Source: an uncultured Gammaproteobacteria bacterium
Lineage (GTDB): Bacteria; Pseudomonadota; Gammaproteobacteria; Magnimaribacterales; TMED112
Direction of reading: 5' to 3'
NCBI GenBank assembly: GCA_913044115.1
Contig: CAJWNO010000002.1
Span: forward strand, 16,171-80,170
DNA length: 64,000 nt
Positions 33,433 through 41,561 of the stretch are shown piece by piece. How positions within the stretch are numbered: the first letter of the stretch is position 1; every line of letters begins with the position of its first letter. The position numbers were made by a program, and so were the translations under genes. The notes under the pieces were generated by a model. The model did not search any database. It saw only the letters and a program-made list of their open reading frames with translations, and was not told the origin of the DNA.

Positions 33433-35394
33433 TTGATTACTAATAAGTTAGTTAATGCTCTTAGATTCTTGTCAGCAGATGCTGTAGAAAGAGCTAACTC
33501 TGGTCATCCTGGTATGCCCCTTGGTATGGCAGATATAGCCGAAGTTTTATGGAGAGATCACCTCAATCACTCCCCTGAAAATCCAAAATGGTTTAATAGA
33601 GACAGGTTTGTATTGTCAAACGGCCACGGCTCAATGCTTATTTACAGCCTGCTTCATTTAAGTGGATATAGTCTTACTATTGATGACTTAAAGGACTTTA
33701 GGAAATTAAAATCTAAAACTCCTGGTCACCCTGAATTTGGTGTTACAGATGGAGTTGAAACAACTACTGGACCATTAGGCCAGGGTATAGCAAATGCAGT
33801 TGGGATGGCACTTGCAGAGAAGATTCTGGCTGAAAAAATTAATACTAAAAACATTAAAGCTATTGATCATATGACTTATTGCTTCCTAGGTGATGGTTGT
33901 TTGATGGAGGGTGTTTCACATGAAGCAATGTCCTTAGCTGGTGTGTTAAATCTAAATAAATTAATTTGTTTTTATGATAGCAATGGAATTTCCATAGATG
34001 GAAAAATTGATGCTTGGTACAAAGATGATATTTCTAAAAGATGCGAAGCATATGGTTGGAACGTAATAGACCATGTCGATGGCCACAACAGAGAAGACGT
34101 TGATCAAGCTATAAAAAAAGCAAAAGACTCCAACAAACCAACAATGATTGTATGTAAGACTTCCATTGGGTACGGTGCCGGGCAGAAACAAGATAGTGAA
34201 TCATCACATGGTGCTGCATTAGGTCAAGAGGCGTTATCAATATTAAGACAAAACCTTTCATGGCCATATGAGCCATTTGAGCTTGATGACGAGATTTATG
34301 AAAACTGGGATGCAAAAGAAGCAGGAAGTGCAAAAGAGGCAGAATGGGCTAGTATTTGTGATCAGTTAAAAGCAGAAGATCCTAAAAAGTTTGATCTTTT
34401 GCACAGGCTGTCATCTGAAACAATGCCTGAAGACTTCGATCAGAAATTCGACAAATTCATTTCTGATTTAGCTCAAAACCAAGATTCACTTGCAACGAGA
34501 AAAAGCTCTCAAATGGTGCTTGAATTTCTTCAGGCACACCTACCAGAACTTATTGGAGGATCGGCAGATTTAAGTGGTTCAAATAATACAATTTCAAAAT
34601 CCTCAGTTTCATTGAATGAGAATGACAACGGAAACTATATTTATTATGGGGTAAGAGAGTTTGGTATGAATGCTGTCATGAATGGAATGGCGCTGCATGG
34701 TGGAGTGATACCTTATGCAGGAACCTTTCTTGTGTTTATGGATTATGGAAGAAATGCAGTAAGGATGGCGGCCTTGATGGGCATAAGAGTAATATTTGTT
34801 TTCTCTCATGATTCTATTGCACTGGGAGAAGATGGTCCAACACATCAACCTATCGAGCATCTTACAACACTTAGATCTACTCCGAATATGCATACATGGA
34901 GACCTGCTACTCTGGTAGAAACAGCGGTAGCTTGGAAACATGCCATAGCAAACAGAAACGGACCCTCATCCATTATTCTTTCAAGACAAAATTTAGATAA
35001 TTTCGACGTATCAAGTTTGAAGGAGCTTGAGATTGGCGGTTACTTTGTTTCAGAACAAGAAGAAGCAAATGTTAACCTGATTGCTACCGGCTCAGAAGTT
35101 AGTTTGGCTATAGAGGCAGAAAGAATTCTTAAAGAGGACGGTTTAGTCTGCAATGTGGTAAGCATTCCATGTCTCGAAGCCTTGATAAAAAATGATCAAC
35201 AATATAGAAAAATTTTTAACCCCAATACTACTAATATCGTCATAGAGTGCGGTCATCCTAATTCTTGGTATAAGCATACCAAGCATGTAATTGGTATTGA
35301 AACATTTGGTGAATCAGGGACAGGCCCCGATTTAATGAATCACTTTGGGTTTTCGCCTGAAAAAATTGCAACAAAAGTTAAAAAGTTGCTATGA
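33433..35394 (+). CDS. tkt: Transketolase
   Basis: SGHPGMPLGMA, the ThDP motif GDGCLMEGVSHEA, and EDGPTHQP. TTG start. Confidence 0.97.
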   Translation: MITNKLVNALRFLSADAVERANSGHPGMPLGMADIAEVLWRDHLNHSPENPKWFNRDRFVLSNGHGSMLIYSLLHLSGYSLTIDDLKDFRKLKSKTPGHPEFGVTDGVETTTGPLGQGIANAVGMALAEKILAEKINTKNIKAIDHMTYCFLGDGCLMEGVSHEAMSLAGVLNLNKLICFYDSNGISIDGKIDAWYKDDISKRCEAYGWNVIDHVDGHNREDVDQAIKKAKDSNKPTMIVCKTSIGYGAGQKQDSESSHGAALGQEALSILRQNLSWPYEPFELDDEIYENWDAKEAGSAKEAEWASICDQLKAEDPKKFDLLHRLSSETMPEDFDQKFDKFISDLAQNQDSLATRKSSQMVLEFLQAHLPELIGGSADLSGSNNTISKSSVSLNENDNGNYIYYGVREFGMNAVMNGMALHGGVIPYAGTFLVFMDYGRNAVRMAALMGIRVIFVFSHDSIALGEDGPTHQPIEHLTTLRSTPNMHTWRPATLVETAVAWKHAIANRNGPSSIILSRQNLDNFDVSSLKELEIGGYFVSEQEEANVNLIATGSEVSLAIEAERILKEDGLVCNVVSIPCLEALIKNDQQYRKIFNPNTTNIVIECGHPNSWYKHTKHVIGIETFGESGTGPDLMNHFGFSPEKIATKVKKLL

Positions 35395-36512
35395 ACCATC
35401 TAATAGAGACAAACATAGAAGATAAAAGAGTTGGTCTTAGGGTTGATCTGAATGTTCCAATTGAAAATGGTGAAATACTCAATCATGAAAGACTTTCAGC
35501 AGCGCTTCCGACTATACTCTACATTCTCAAACATACAAAAAAACTATGTATTATTAGCCATCTGGGTAGGCCAGACGAAGGCAGCTTCAATGATAGTTAC
35601 TCTTTAGAACCTATTAGAAAGTGGTTTGAAAAAAGACTGAATCAGGAAATACCATTAATAAAAACTTTTGATGAAGTTCCAAACTCTTTATCTATTATGG
35701 AAAACATTAGGTTTTTTAATGGCGAAAAAGAAAACGCTCTGGAGCTATCAAAAAAGATAGCAGGTTCATTCGATGTTTACGTAATGGATGCATTTGCAAC
35801 ATCTCATAGAAAGTCAGCGTCAACATATGGGGCAATTGTTGAAGCACAAGAAGCTTGTGCTGGTTTATTATTCTCAAAAGAAATAAAAAGTCTTGAGGCT
35901 GCGCTTAATGACTCTAAAAATGTTTTAAGCATAGTTGGAGGATCAAAAGTTTCTACAAAACTGAATGTTATCCAAAATTTAATTTCAAATTCTTCTAATA
36001 TTTTGGTGGGAGGTGGAATTGCAAATACTTTTTTAAAAGCTGCAGGTAAAAATGTAGGGCTTTCATTAGTTGAGGATGAAATGCTAGACATTTCCAAAGA
36101 TTTATTAAGAACCGGTAAGATTATGCTTCCTAAAAACGTATATGTTGCAAATTCAACTCAGGCAAGCTTGGCTGATCTTGTATCGGTAGATGAAGTAGAT
36201 GACGATAAAATGATTTTAGATATTGAACTAAACAACGAAATTAGTTCTATTGTTTCTTGTGATTACATTATTTGGAATGGTCCTCTAGGAATATTTGAAA
36301 TAGAACAGTTCTCTAATGGCACCCAACAATTAATAAATTTTCTAGAAAATACAAGCTCAAAAGTTATAGCTGGGGGTGGTGAAACTATATATGCAATTAG
36401 TAAATTCTCTGACATAAATAAATTTCATTATGTATCTACTGCTGGAGGGGCTTTTTTAGAGTATTTATCAGGGCATAAGCTTCCATCGATAGAAGCTTTG
36501 AGGTTAAAATAG
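35391..36512 (+). CDS. pgk: Phosphoglycerate kinase
   Basis: RVDLNVP, SHLGRP and GGGETIYA / STAGGAFLEYL motifs. Confidence 0.95.
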   Translation: MNHLIETNIEDKRVGLRVDLNVPIENGEILNHERLSAALPTILYILKHTKKLCIISHLGRPDEGSFNDSYSLEPIRKWFEKRLNQEIPLIKTFDEVPNSLSIMENIRFFNGEKENALELSKKIAGSFDVYVMDAFATSHRKSASTYGAIVEAQEACAGLLFSKEIKSLEAALNDSKNVLSIVGGSKVSTKLNVIQNLISNSSNILVGGGIANTFLKAAGKNVGLSLVEDEMLDISKDLLRTGKIMLPKNVYVANSTQASLADLVSVDEVDDDKMILDIELNNEISSIVSCDYIIWNGPLGIFEIEQFSNGTQQLINFLENTSSKVIAGGGETIYAISKFSDINKFHYVSTAGGAFLEYLSGHKLPSIEALRLK

Positions 36513-36519
36513 CACACTT

Positions 36520-37533
36520 ATGAAATTCTCAAATTTATCGGAAATCGCAACTTATATAGTATCAGATGGCAAGGGCATTCTGGCTGCTGACGAAAGCAAC
36601 CCAACTTGCAAAAAGAGATTTGACACAATCTCAGTAGAAAGTAATGAACAAAACAGAAGAGACTACAGAGAACTTCTTTTTTCATCTAATGGCATGGTTG
36701 GGAATATTGGGGGTGTAATTCTATTTGATGAGACAATTAGACAGAAAACAGATGCCGGCCAATCGCTAGTTGACCTAATCCTTGAAGCTGGAGCTTTGCC
36801 AGGAATAAAAGTTGATAAAGGGCTAGCGCCTTTTAATGGCTCAGATATCGAGACATTAACCCAAGGCCTAGATGATTTAGACGAAAGGTGCAAAGAGTAT
36901 GCAGAATTAGGAGCAAAATTTACTAAGTGGAGAGCGGTAATAAATATTGGAAACGGTATACCTACACAAGAATGTATAGATGCAAATATGGAAGCTTTAG
37001 CTAAATACGCAAAAATTGCACAGAAAAATGGAATGGTTCCTATAGTTGAGCCTGAAGTGCTTATAAATGGAAATCACTCAATTCAAGATTGTTACGATGC
37101 AACACTAAGATCAATTAAATCCTTATTCGATTATCTCAATAGCTACGATGTAGATATATCTGGCACAATTTTAAAACCAAACATGGTAACAGCTGGTTCT
37201 GATTCTGAAGTCAAATCGTCAGTAGAAGAGGTAGCGAACATGACAATAAAATGTCTAAATGATTCTGTGCCTGATGAGCTTCCGGGAGTTGCATTCTTAT
37301 CAGGGGGGCAAACAGAAATCGAGTCAACCGAACATCTTGATAAAATGAATAAAATTGGCGGCTTTTCATGGAAACTAAGTTTTTCATATGGAAGAGCCTT
37401 GCAACAATCTGCATTAAATGCATGGCTAGGTAAGCCAGAAAACAAAAAGGATGCACAAGAAGCTTTTGCACATAGAGCAAAAATGAATAAGCTTGCCTCT
37501 CTTGGAAACTGGAGCGCAGATCTCGAGAAATAA
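36520..37533 (+). CDS. fba: Fructose-bisphosphate aldolase, class I (eukaryote-type glycolytic family)
   Basis: GKGILAADESNPTCKKRF, LPGIKVDKG and FSYGRALQ motifs are characteristic of class I Schiff-base aldolases. Confidence 0.9.
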   Translation: MKFSNLSEIATYIVSDGKGILAADESNPTCKKRFDTISVESNEQNRRDYRELLFSSNGMVGNIGGVILFDETIRQKTDAGQSLVDLILEAGALPGIKVDKGLAPFNGSDIETLTQGLDDLDERCKEYAELGAKFTKWRAVINIGNGIPTQECIDANMEALAKYAKIAQKNGMVPIVEPEVLINGNHSIQDCYDATLRSIKSLFDYLNSYDVDISGTILKPNMVTAGSDSEVKSSVEEVANMTIKCLNDSVPDELPGVAFLSGGQTEIESTEHLDKMNKIGGFSWKLSFSYGRALQQSALNAWLGKPENKKDAQEAFAHRAKMNKLASLGNWSADLEK

Positions 37534-38073
37534 GTGAAATCTGCCGGCATTTTTCTATCATCTCGAAACCCAAATTTTAAGATAGATTCTGATCTTGAAG
37601 TTTTTGCAAAATTTCTCGTACAGTCTGAGATAAAGCTTGTATATGGTGGCGGAAAGTGCGGTTTAATGGGAAAACTCTCAGAAGAGGTGGCAAATAATGG
37701 TGGAAAGATTAAGGGAATATCTTTGCCAATGTTTGATGATATTGGTGTTACACCAACTTATCTAGATGAATTAGAAATTCAGGAAAATTTTTATAGTCGA
37801 AAAAAAAGCCTAATCGACCAATCTGATTTTTTTGTAATTATGCCAGGAGGTGTGGGCACTGCCGATGAATTTTTTGACGTGCTTAACCATGTTGCATTGG
37901 GGCTAATAGATAAAAATATTTATATTTATAACAAAAATAATTGTTGGACAGACATGCTTAACTGGATTGAAAACAATGTTGAACAAAACATGCTAAGCAA
38001 AAAACCTGATAGTATTTATATATCTGAATCAATTGAAGATTTGATGAAGAATATAGAGACTTATGAAATTTGA
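37534..38073 (+). CDS. LOG-family (TIGR00730-type) nucleotide phosphoribohydrolase
   Basis: LVYGGGKCGLMG and PGGVGTADEF (PGGxGTxxE) motifs. GTG start immediately after the fba stop. Confidence 0.8.
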   Translation: MKSAGIFLSSRNPNFKIDSDLEVFAKFLVQSEIKLVYGGGKCGLMGKLSEEVANNGGKIKGISLPMFDDIGVTPTYLDELEIQENFYSRKKSLIDQSDFFVIMPGGVGTADEFFDVLNHVALGLIDKNIYIYNKNNCWTDMLNWIENNVEQNMLSKKPDSIYISESIEDLMKNIETYEI

Positions 38074-39973
38074 TATAAAAAATTTTAGTAATCCTCACCT
38101 AGCAAGTTTTGATGATTACCTTTCGATGTATGAGGATTCTATCAAGAACCCAAGCAATTTTTTCTTAGAACAGGCAAGAAATGAAATTGAATGGTTTAAA
38201 ACACCAAAAACTGGTTATTCAGGAGAACTTACTAAGCCCATTTGGTTTGAAGACGGTAAACTCAATATTGCTTACAACTGCATTGATAGGCACGCTAAAA
38301 CAACTCCTGATAAAACTGCCATTATTTGGCAAGGCGACGAAAAGAATATAAATAAAAAAATAACTTATAAGCAGCTTTTAGTTGAGGTTTCTAAGCTAGC
38401 TAATGGCTTAAAGTCCATAGGAGTCAAAAAGGGAGATAGGGTTTGTATTTATATGCCTATGGTTCCTGAAGCTGCGTACTCCATGTTAGCCTGCATGAGA
38501 ATTGGTGCAATTCATTCTGTAGTTTTTGGTGGCTTTTCTCCTGAAGCAATTAGTTCTCGTATTATCGATGCAGATTGCCAATTTGTGATAACTGCAGATG
38601 AGGGTATACGAGGAGGAAAAAAAGTTCCGTTAAAAGATAATGTTGATACTGCTTTGAAAACCTGTCCACAGGTTCAGAAAAATATTGTATTCAAATACAC
38701 AGGCGCCAATGTGAAGTGGAATGATCATATTGATATTTCTTATCAAGATTTAATTGAAGGCATGGATGAGAGCTGTTCTTGTGAAGAAATGAACTCAGAA
38801 GACCCTTCTTTTATTTTGTATACCTCAGGTTCAACAGGCAAACCAAAAGGAGTTATGCACACAACAGGGGGCTATTTATTAGGAGCAACTTTAAGCTTTA
38901 AATATATTTTTGGACATCAAAAAGATGATATTTATTGGTGTACTGCTGACGTTGGTTGGATAACAGGCCACACCTATATACTATATGGACCATTATCAAA
39001 TGGCGGAACCACACTTATGTTTGAAGGTGTGCCGACATATCCAAATCCTTCTAGATTCTGGGAAATTTGTGATCAACATAAAGTAAATATCTTCTATACC
39101 GCTCCAACAGCAATTAGAGCCCTTATTGCAAAAGGGGACCAATATCTAGATGGGTATAGCCTTTCATCTCTAAGAGTCCTTGGGACTGTTGGAGAACCAA
39201 TTAATCCTGAAGTTTGGGAGTGGTATTTTGAAAAAGTTGGCAAATCGAATTGTGAAGTTATTGATACTTGGTGGCAAACAGAAACAGGATCTGTCCTTAT
39301 AGCACCAATTGCCGGAATAACATCAAAAAAACCTGGTTCGGCTACTTTACCTTTCTTTGGTATTAAACCCACATTGGTTGATAAAGAGGGGAAAGAGATC
39401 ATTGGCGAAGGAAAAGGTAACTTATGTATAAATAACTCTTGGCCAAGTCAAATCAGAACTGTATACGGAGATCACGATAGAATGGTTCAAACATATTTCA
39501 CACAATACGAAGGAAAATATTTCACAGGAGACGGCGCAAAGCGAGATGAAGATGGGTATTTTTGGGTAACTGGCAGAGTTGATGATGTCTTAAACGTGTC
39601 AGGACATAGAATAGGTACAGCTGAAGTTGAAAGCGCTATTGTTACTCATAACAATGTTGCGGAAGCGGCAGTTGTTGGTATTGAGCATCAGATAAAAGGC
39701 CAGGCTATATATGCTTTTGTTATCTTGAAAGATTCCGATATAGATAAAGCTGAACTACATAGTGAGATCCTTGATGCTGTAACTGTGTCCATAGGCAAAA
39801 TTGCAAAACCAGAAGTCATTCACTTTACGCGCGACCTTCCAAAAACCAGATCAGGAAAAATTATGAGGAGAATCCTGAGAAAAATAGCAAACAATGACAC
39901 TGAAAATCTTGGTGATGTAACTACACTTGCTGATCCAAGTATTGTAAAAGAATTAATTGAATCAAAAGTCTGA
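38063..39973 (+). CDS. acs: Acetyl-CoA synthetase
   Basis: AMP-binding motif YTSGSTGKPKG, WWQTETG, and C-terminal SGKIMRRILRKI. Confidence 0.97.
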   Translation: MKFDIKNFSNPHLASFDDYLSMYEDSIKNPSNFFLEQARNEIEWFKTPKTGYSGELTKPIWFEDGKLNIAYNCIDRHAKTTPDKTAIIWQGDEKNINKKITYKQLLVEVSKLANGLKSIGVKKGDRVCIYMPMVPEAAYSMLACMRIGAIHSVVFGGFSPEAISSRIIDADCQFVITADEGIRGGKKVPLKDNVDTALKTCPQVQKNIVFKYTGANVKWNDHIDISYQDLIEGMDESCSCEEMNSEDPSFILYTSGSTGKPKGVMHTTGGYLLGATLSFKYIFGHQKDDIYWCTADVGWITGHTYILYGPLSNGGTTLMFEGVPTYPNPSRFWEICDQHKVNIFYTAPTAIRALIAKGDQYLDGYSLSSLRVLGTVGEPINPEVWEWYFEKVGKSNCEVIDTWWQTETGSVLIAPIAGITSKKPGSATLPFFGIKPTLVDKEGKEIIGEGKGNLCINNSWPSQIRTVYGDHDRMVQTYFTQYEGKYFTGDGAKRDEDGYFWVTGRVDDVLNVSGHRIGTAEVESAIVTHNNVAEAAVVGIEHQIKGQAIYAFVILKDSDIDKAELHSEILDAVTVSIGKIAKPEVIHFTRDLPKTRSGKIMRRILRKIANNDTENLGDVTTLADPSIVKELIESKV

Positions 39974-39979
39974 TTGATT

Positions 39980-40009
39980 CAACTGATACGGCCTAAGCCG
40001 TACCAATTG
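39980..40009 (-). terminator. 13-bp stem hairpin downstream of the 40017-40310 gene (no U-tract)
   Basis: CAATTGGTACGGC-TTAG-GCCGTATCAGTTG on the minus strand pairs fully, with 2 G-U wobbles. The same positions are A-C and C-A mismatches in the plus-strand RNA. This suggests it functions in the minus-sense transcript. Confidence 0.35.
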
Positions 40010-40016
40010 AGAGGTA

Positions 40017-40310
40017 TTAAGATTTCTCTAGGGCGCCCCATTTGCAAGTTTTAAGGCCCGAGGCATCCATAATTACGAATGAATTACCAACAAGATCATC
40101 CGTGAAATATATTTTGTGATAATTTCTTTTAATAGGACATGTTCTCTTCGTTAAGACCGATCCTTCAAAAGCATCACCATTATTTAGCTCAAAAATAATT
40201 GTATTGTTATCAGTGAACAAAATATTTTTTATGTCGGACTTACTAAAATGATGGTCTGCATTTGCTGTAAACCCGACTAACAACAAGGCAGAAATAAATA
40301 GTTTAAACAT
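40017..40310 (-). CDS. Small secreted hypothetical protein (97 aa from ATG at 40310)
   Basis: Signal-peptide-like N-terminus MFKLFISALLLVGFTANA and two Cys. A G-rich SD (GGGGGA) lies 6 nt upstream of this ATG. I recognise no family. Confidence 0.5.
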   Translation of the reverse strand: MFKLFISALLLVGFTANADHHFSKSDIKNILFTDNNTIIFELNNGDAFEGSVLTKRTCPIKRNYHKIYFTDDLVGNSFVIMDASGLKTCKWGALEKS

Positions 40311-40335
40311 TACATTTCCCCCAATATACAAATAA

Positions 40336-40353
40336 TGTCACATATTTGTCACA
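40336..40353. promoter_or_regulatory. Direct repeat TGTCACA-TATT-TGTCACA (11-bp periodicity), candidate operator
   Basis: An exact 7-mer repeated 11 bp apart. It lies just downstream of the predicted promoter and TSS of the 40017-40310 gene. The layout resembles winged-helix (PhoB/OmpR-type) direct-repeat sites. Confidence 0.3.
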
Positions 40354-40360
40354 CAAATGT

Positions 40361-40389
40361 AATATAGATGTTTCAGATAATTAAGTCAA
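40361..40389 (-). promoter_or_regulatory. Near-consensus sigma70-type promoter for the secreted hypothetical gene
   Basis: The minus strand reads TTGACT-17 nt-TATATT. The -35 overlaps the stop codon of the ArfA-like ORF. Confidence 0.45.
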
Positions 40390-40520
40390 TTTTCGTCTGG
40401 TGAAAGCAGATCTGATTTCAATTGATTTTTTCGGCTATATTTTTTCTTGCTAGCAGCTACCTTGAGCTTATACTTTGGTGTTCTAAGATCTTTAGCTAGT
40501 GGGTTTCGCTTTTTTTTCAT
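40386..40520 (-). CDS. ArfA-like small basic protein (44 aa, not in ORF track)
   Basis: I translated it myself: MKKKRNPLAKDLRTPKYKLKVAASKKKYSRKNQLKSDLLSPDEN. NPLAKDLRTPKYKLKV..KKK-YSRK aligns by eye to E. coli ArfA [29 protein letters not shown]. It fills most of a 160-nt gap in a very compact genome. The start lies inside the last 9 codons of tatC. Confidence 0.35.
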   Translation of the reverse strand: MKKKRNPLAKDLRTPKYKLKVAASKKKYSRKNQLKSDLLSPDEN

Positions 40521-41202
40521 AGCTAAATAATAATCCTATCTCAAACAGCACATACATTGGTATCGCCATCATAAATTGCGAGATAATATCAGGAGGTGTA
40601 AAAATCATTCCAAAAATGAAACACATAACTAGAACGGCGCCTCTATAAGCTTTTATTTTTGATTTTGGCACAATGCCTAAGACTATAAGTGCATTTACTA
40701 GAATGGGTATCTGAAATGCTAGACCAAAACCAAAAGCCATGGAAAGAACAAAATTCATAAAATAACTAATGTCTGTGCTAACAGTAATAATGCTTGGGCC
40801 AACTGTTTGAAAAAAATTAAGCACATTTGGCAACACCACCAATAAACAAAAAATTACACCCAAGTAAAAAAGTATTGCGCCAAGAATTGTTCTCGAAAAA
40901 ATCACTGACCTTTCTTTGGGATAAAGACCTGGGGACATAAAAGCCAATATTTGAAAAATAAAAAAAGGCATAGCTATTAATGCAGCCAAATATGCAGTTA
41001 ATTTAAGAGGCACTATAAATGGAGAAGCAACTTCTACTGCAATAAGCTCAATCTGTATGAACGGATCAAGATAGTTTACTAGATCATCAAATACAAAATT
41101 ATTGAAGGGGTATATACAAAGAAAACTAACTACAAAAAAACATAGAGAGTATAAAACTCTATTTCGCAACTCAATGAAGTGTGTCGCTAAGCCGTTAGAC
41201 AT
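40492..41202 (-). CDS. tatC: Twin-arginine translocase subunit TatC
   Basis: 236 aa with six TM segments. N-terminal HFIELRNR motif. tatA-tatB-tatC order. Confidence 0.9.
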   Translation of the reverse strand: MSNGLATHFIELRNRVLYSLCFFVVSFLCIYPFNNFVFDDLVNYLDPFIQIELIAVEVASPFIVPLKLTAYLAALIAMPFFIFQILAFMSPGLYPKERSVIFSRTILGAILFYLGVIFCLLVVLPNVLNFFQTVGPSIITVSTDISYFMNFVLSMAFGFGLAFQIPILVNALIVLGIVPKSKIKAYRGAVLVMCFIFGMIFTPPDIISQFMMAIPMYVLFEIGLLFSYEKKAKPTS

Positions 41203-41425
41203 CTTTATCTAACTCCTTCATTCTTTTTTCATTATGAATATCTTGTTTAATTTCTGTAATTTTGAGCTCTTTTTCAAGGTCATCTTTGGTTGTGGAAAAA
41301 AAATTCTGAATAGTAAGAAGGTATTTGTAAAAAGTTTTAATATAGCCTTGGATATTTTCTGGTTTAACAGAAAATAAAGTTATTAGAATTACTATAAAGA
41401 GCTCAGGAATCCCTATCTGGATCAT
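41195..41425 (-). CDS. tatB: Twin-arginine translocase subunit TatB (short, 76 aa)
   Basis: MIQIGIPELFIVILITLF parallels E. coli TatB MFDIGFSELLLVFIIGLV and is followed by an amphipathic region. Lies between tatA and tatC. Confidence 0.6.
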   Translation of the reverse strand: MIQIGIPELFIVILITLFSVKPENIQGYIKTFYKYLLTIQNFFSTTKDDLEKELKITEIKQDIHNEKRMKELDKDV

Positions 41426-41561
41426 CTTCCTCTTTAATTTCTTTTTTGAACCCTTTAAAAGCCTTGCCTAAATCTGAGCCAACAGATTTTATCCTTGATG
41501 ATCCAAAAATTACTAAGATCAGTAATAAAACTACCAGTATTTGCCAAAATCCAATACTCAT
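41403..41561 (-). CDS. tatA: Twin-arginine translocase subunit TatA (52 aa, not in ORF track)
   Basis: I translated it myself: MSIGFWQILVVLLLILVIFGSSRIKSVGSDLGKAFKGFKKEIKEEDDPDRDS. It closely parallels E. coli TatA (...[38 protein letters not shown]). Its ATG overlaps the ubiB stop (ATGA). Confidence 0.85.
   Translation of the reverse strand: MSIGFWQILVVLLLILVIFGSSRIKSVGSDLGKAFKGFKKEIKEEDDPDRDS

Noticed and set aside
37143-37573. Two overlapping minus-strand ORFs (135 and 120 aa) opposite the fba 3' half
   Set aside because: Both are antisense to a strongly supported class I aldolase frame and they overlap each other. Neither has motifs.
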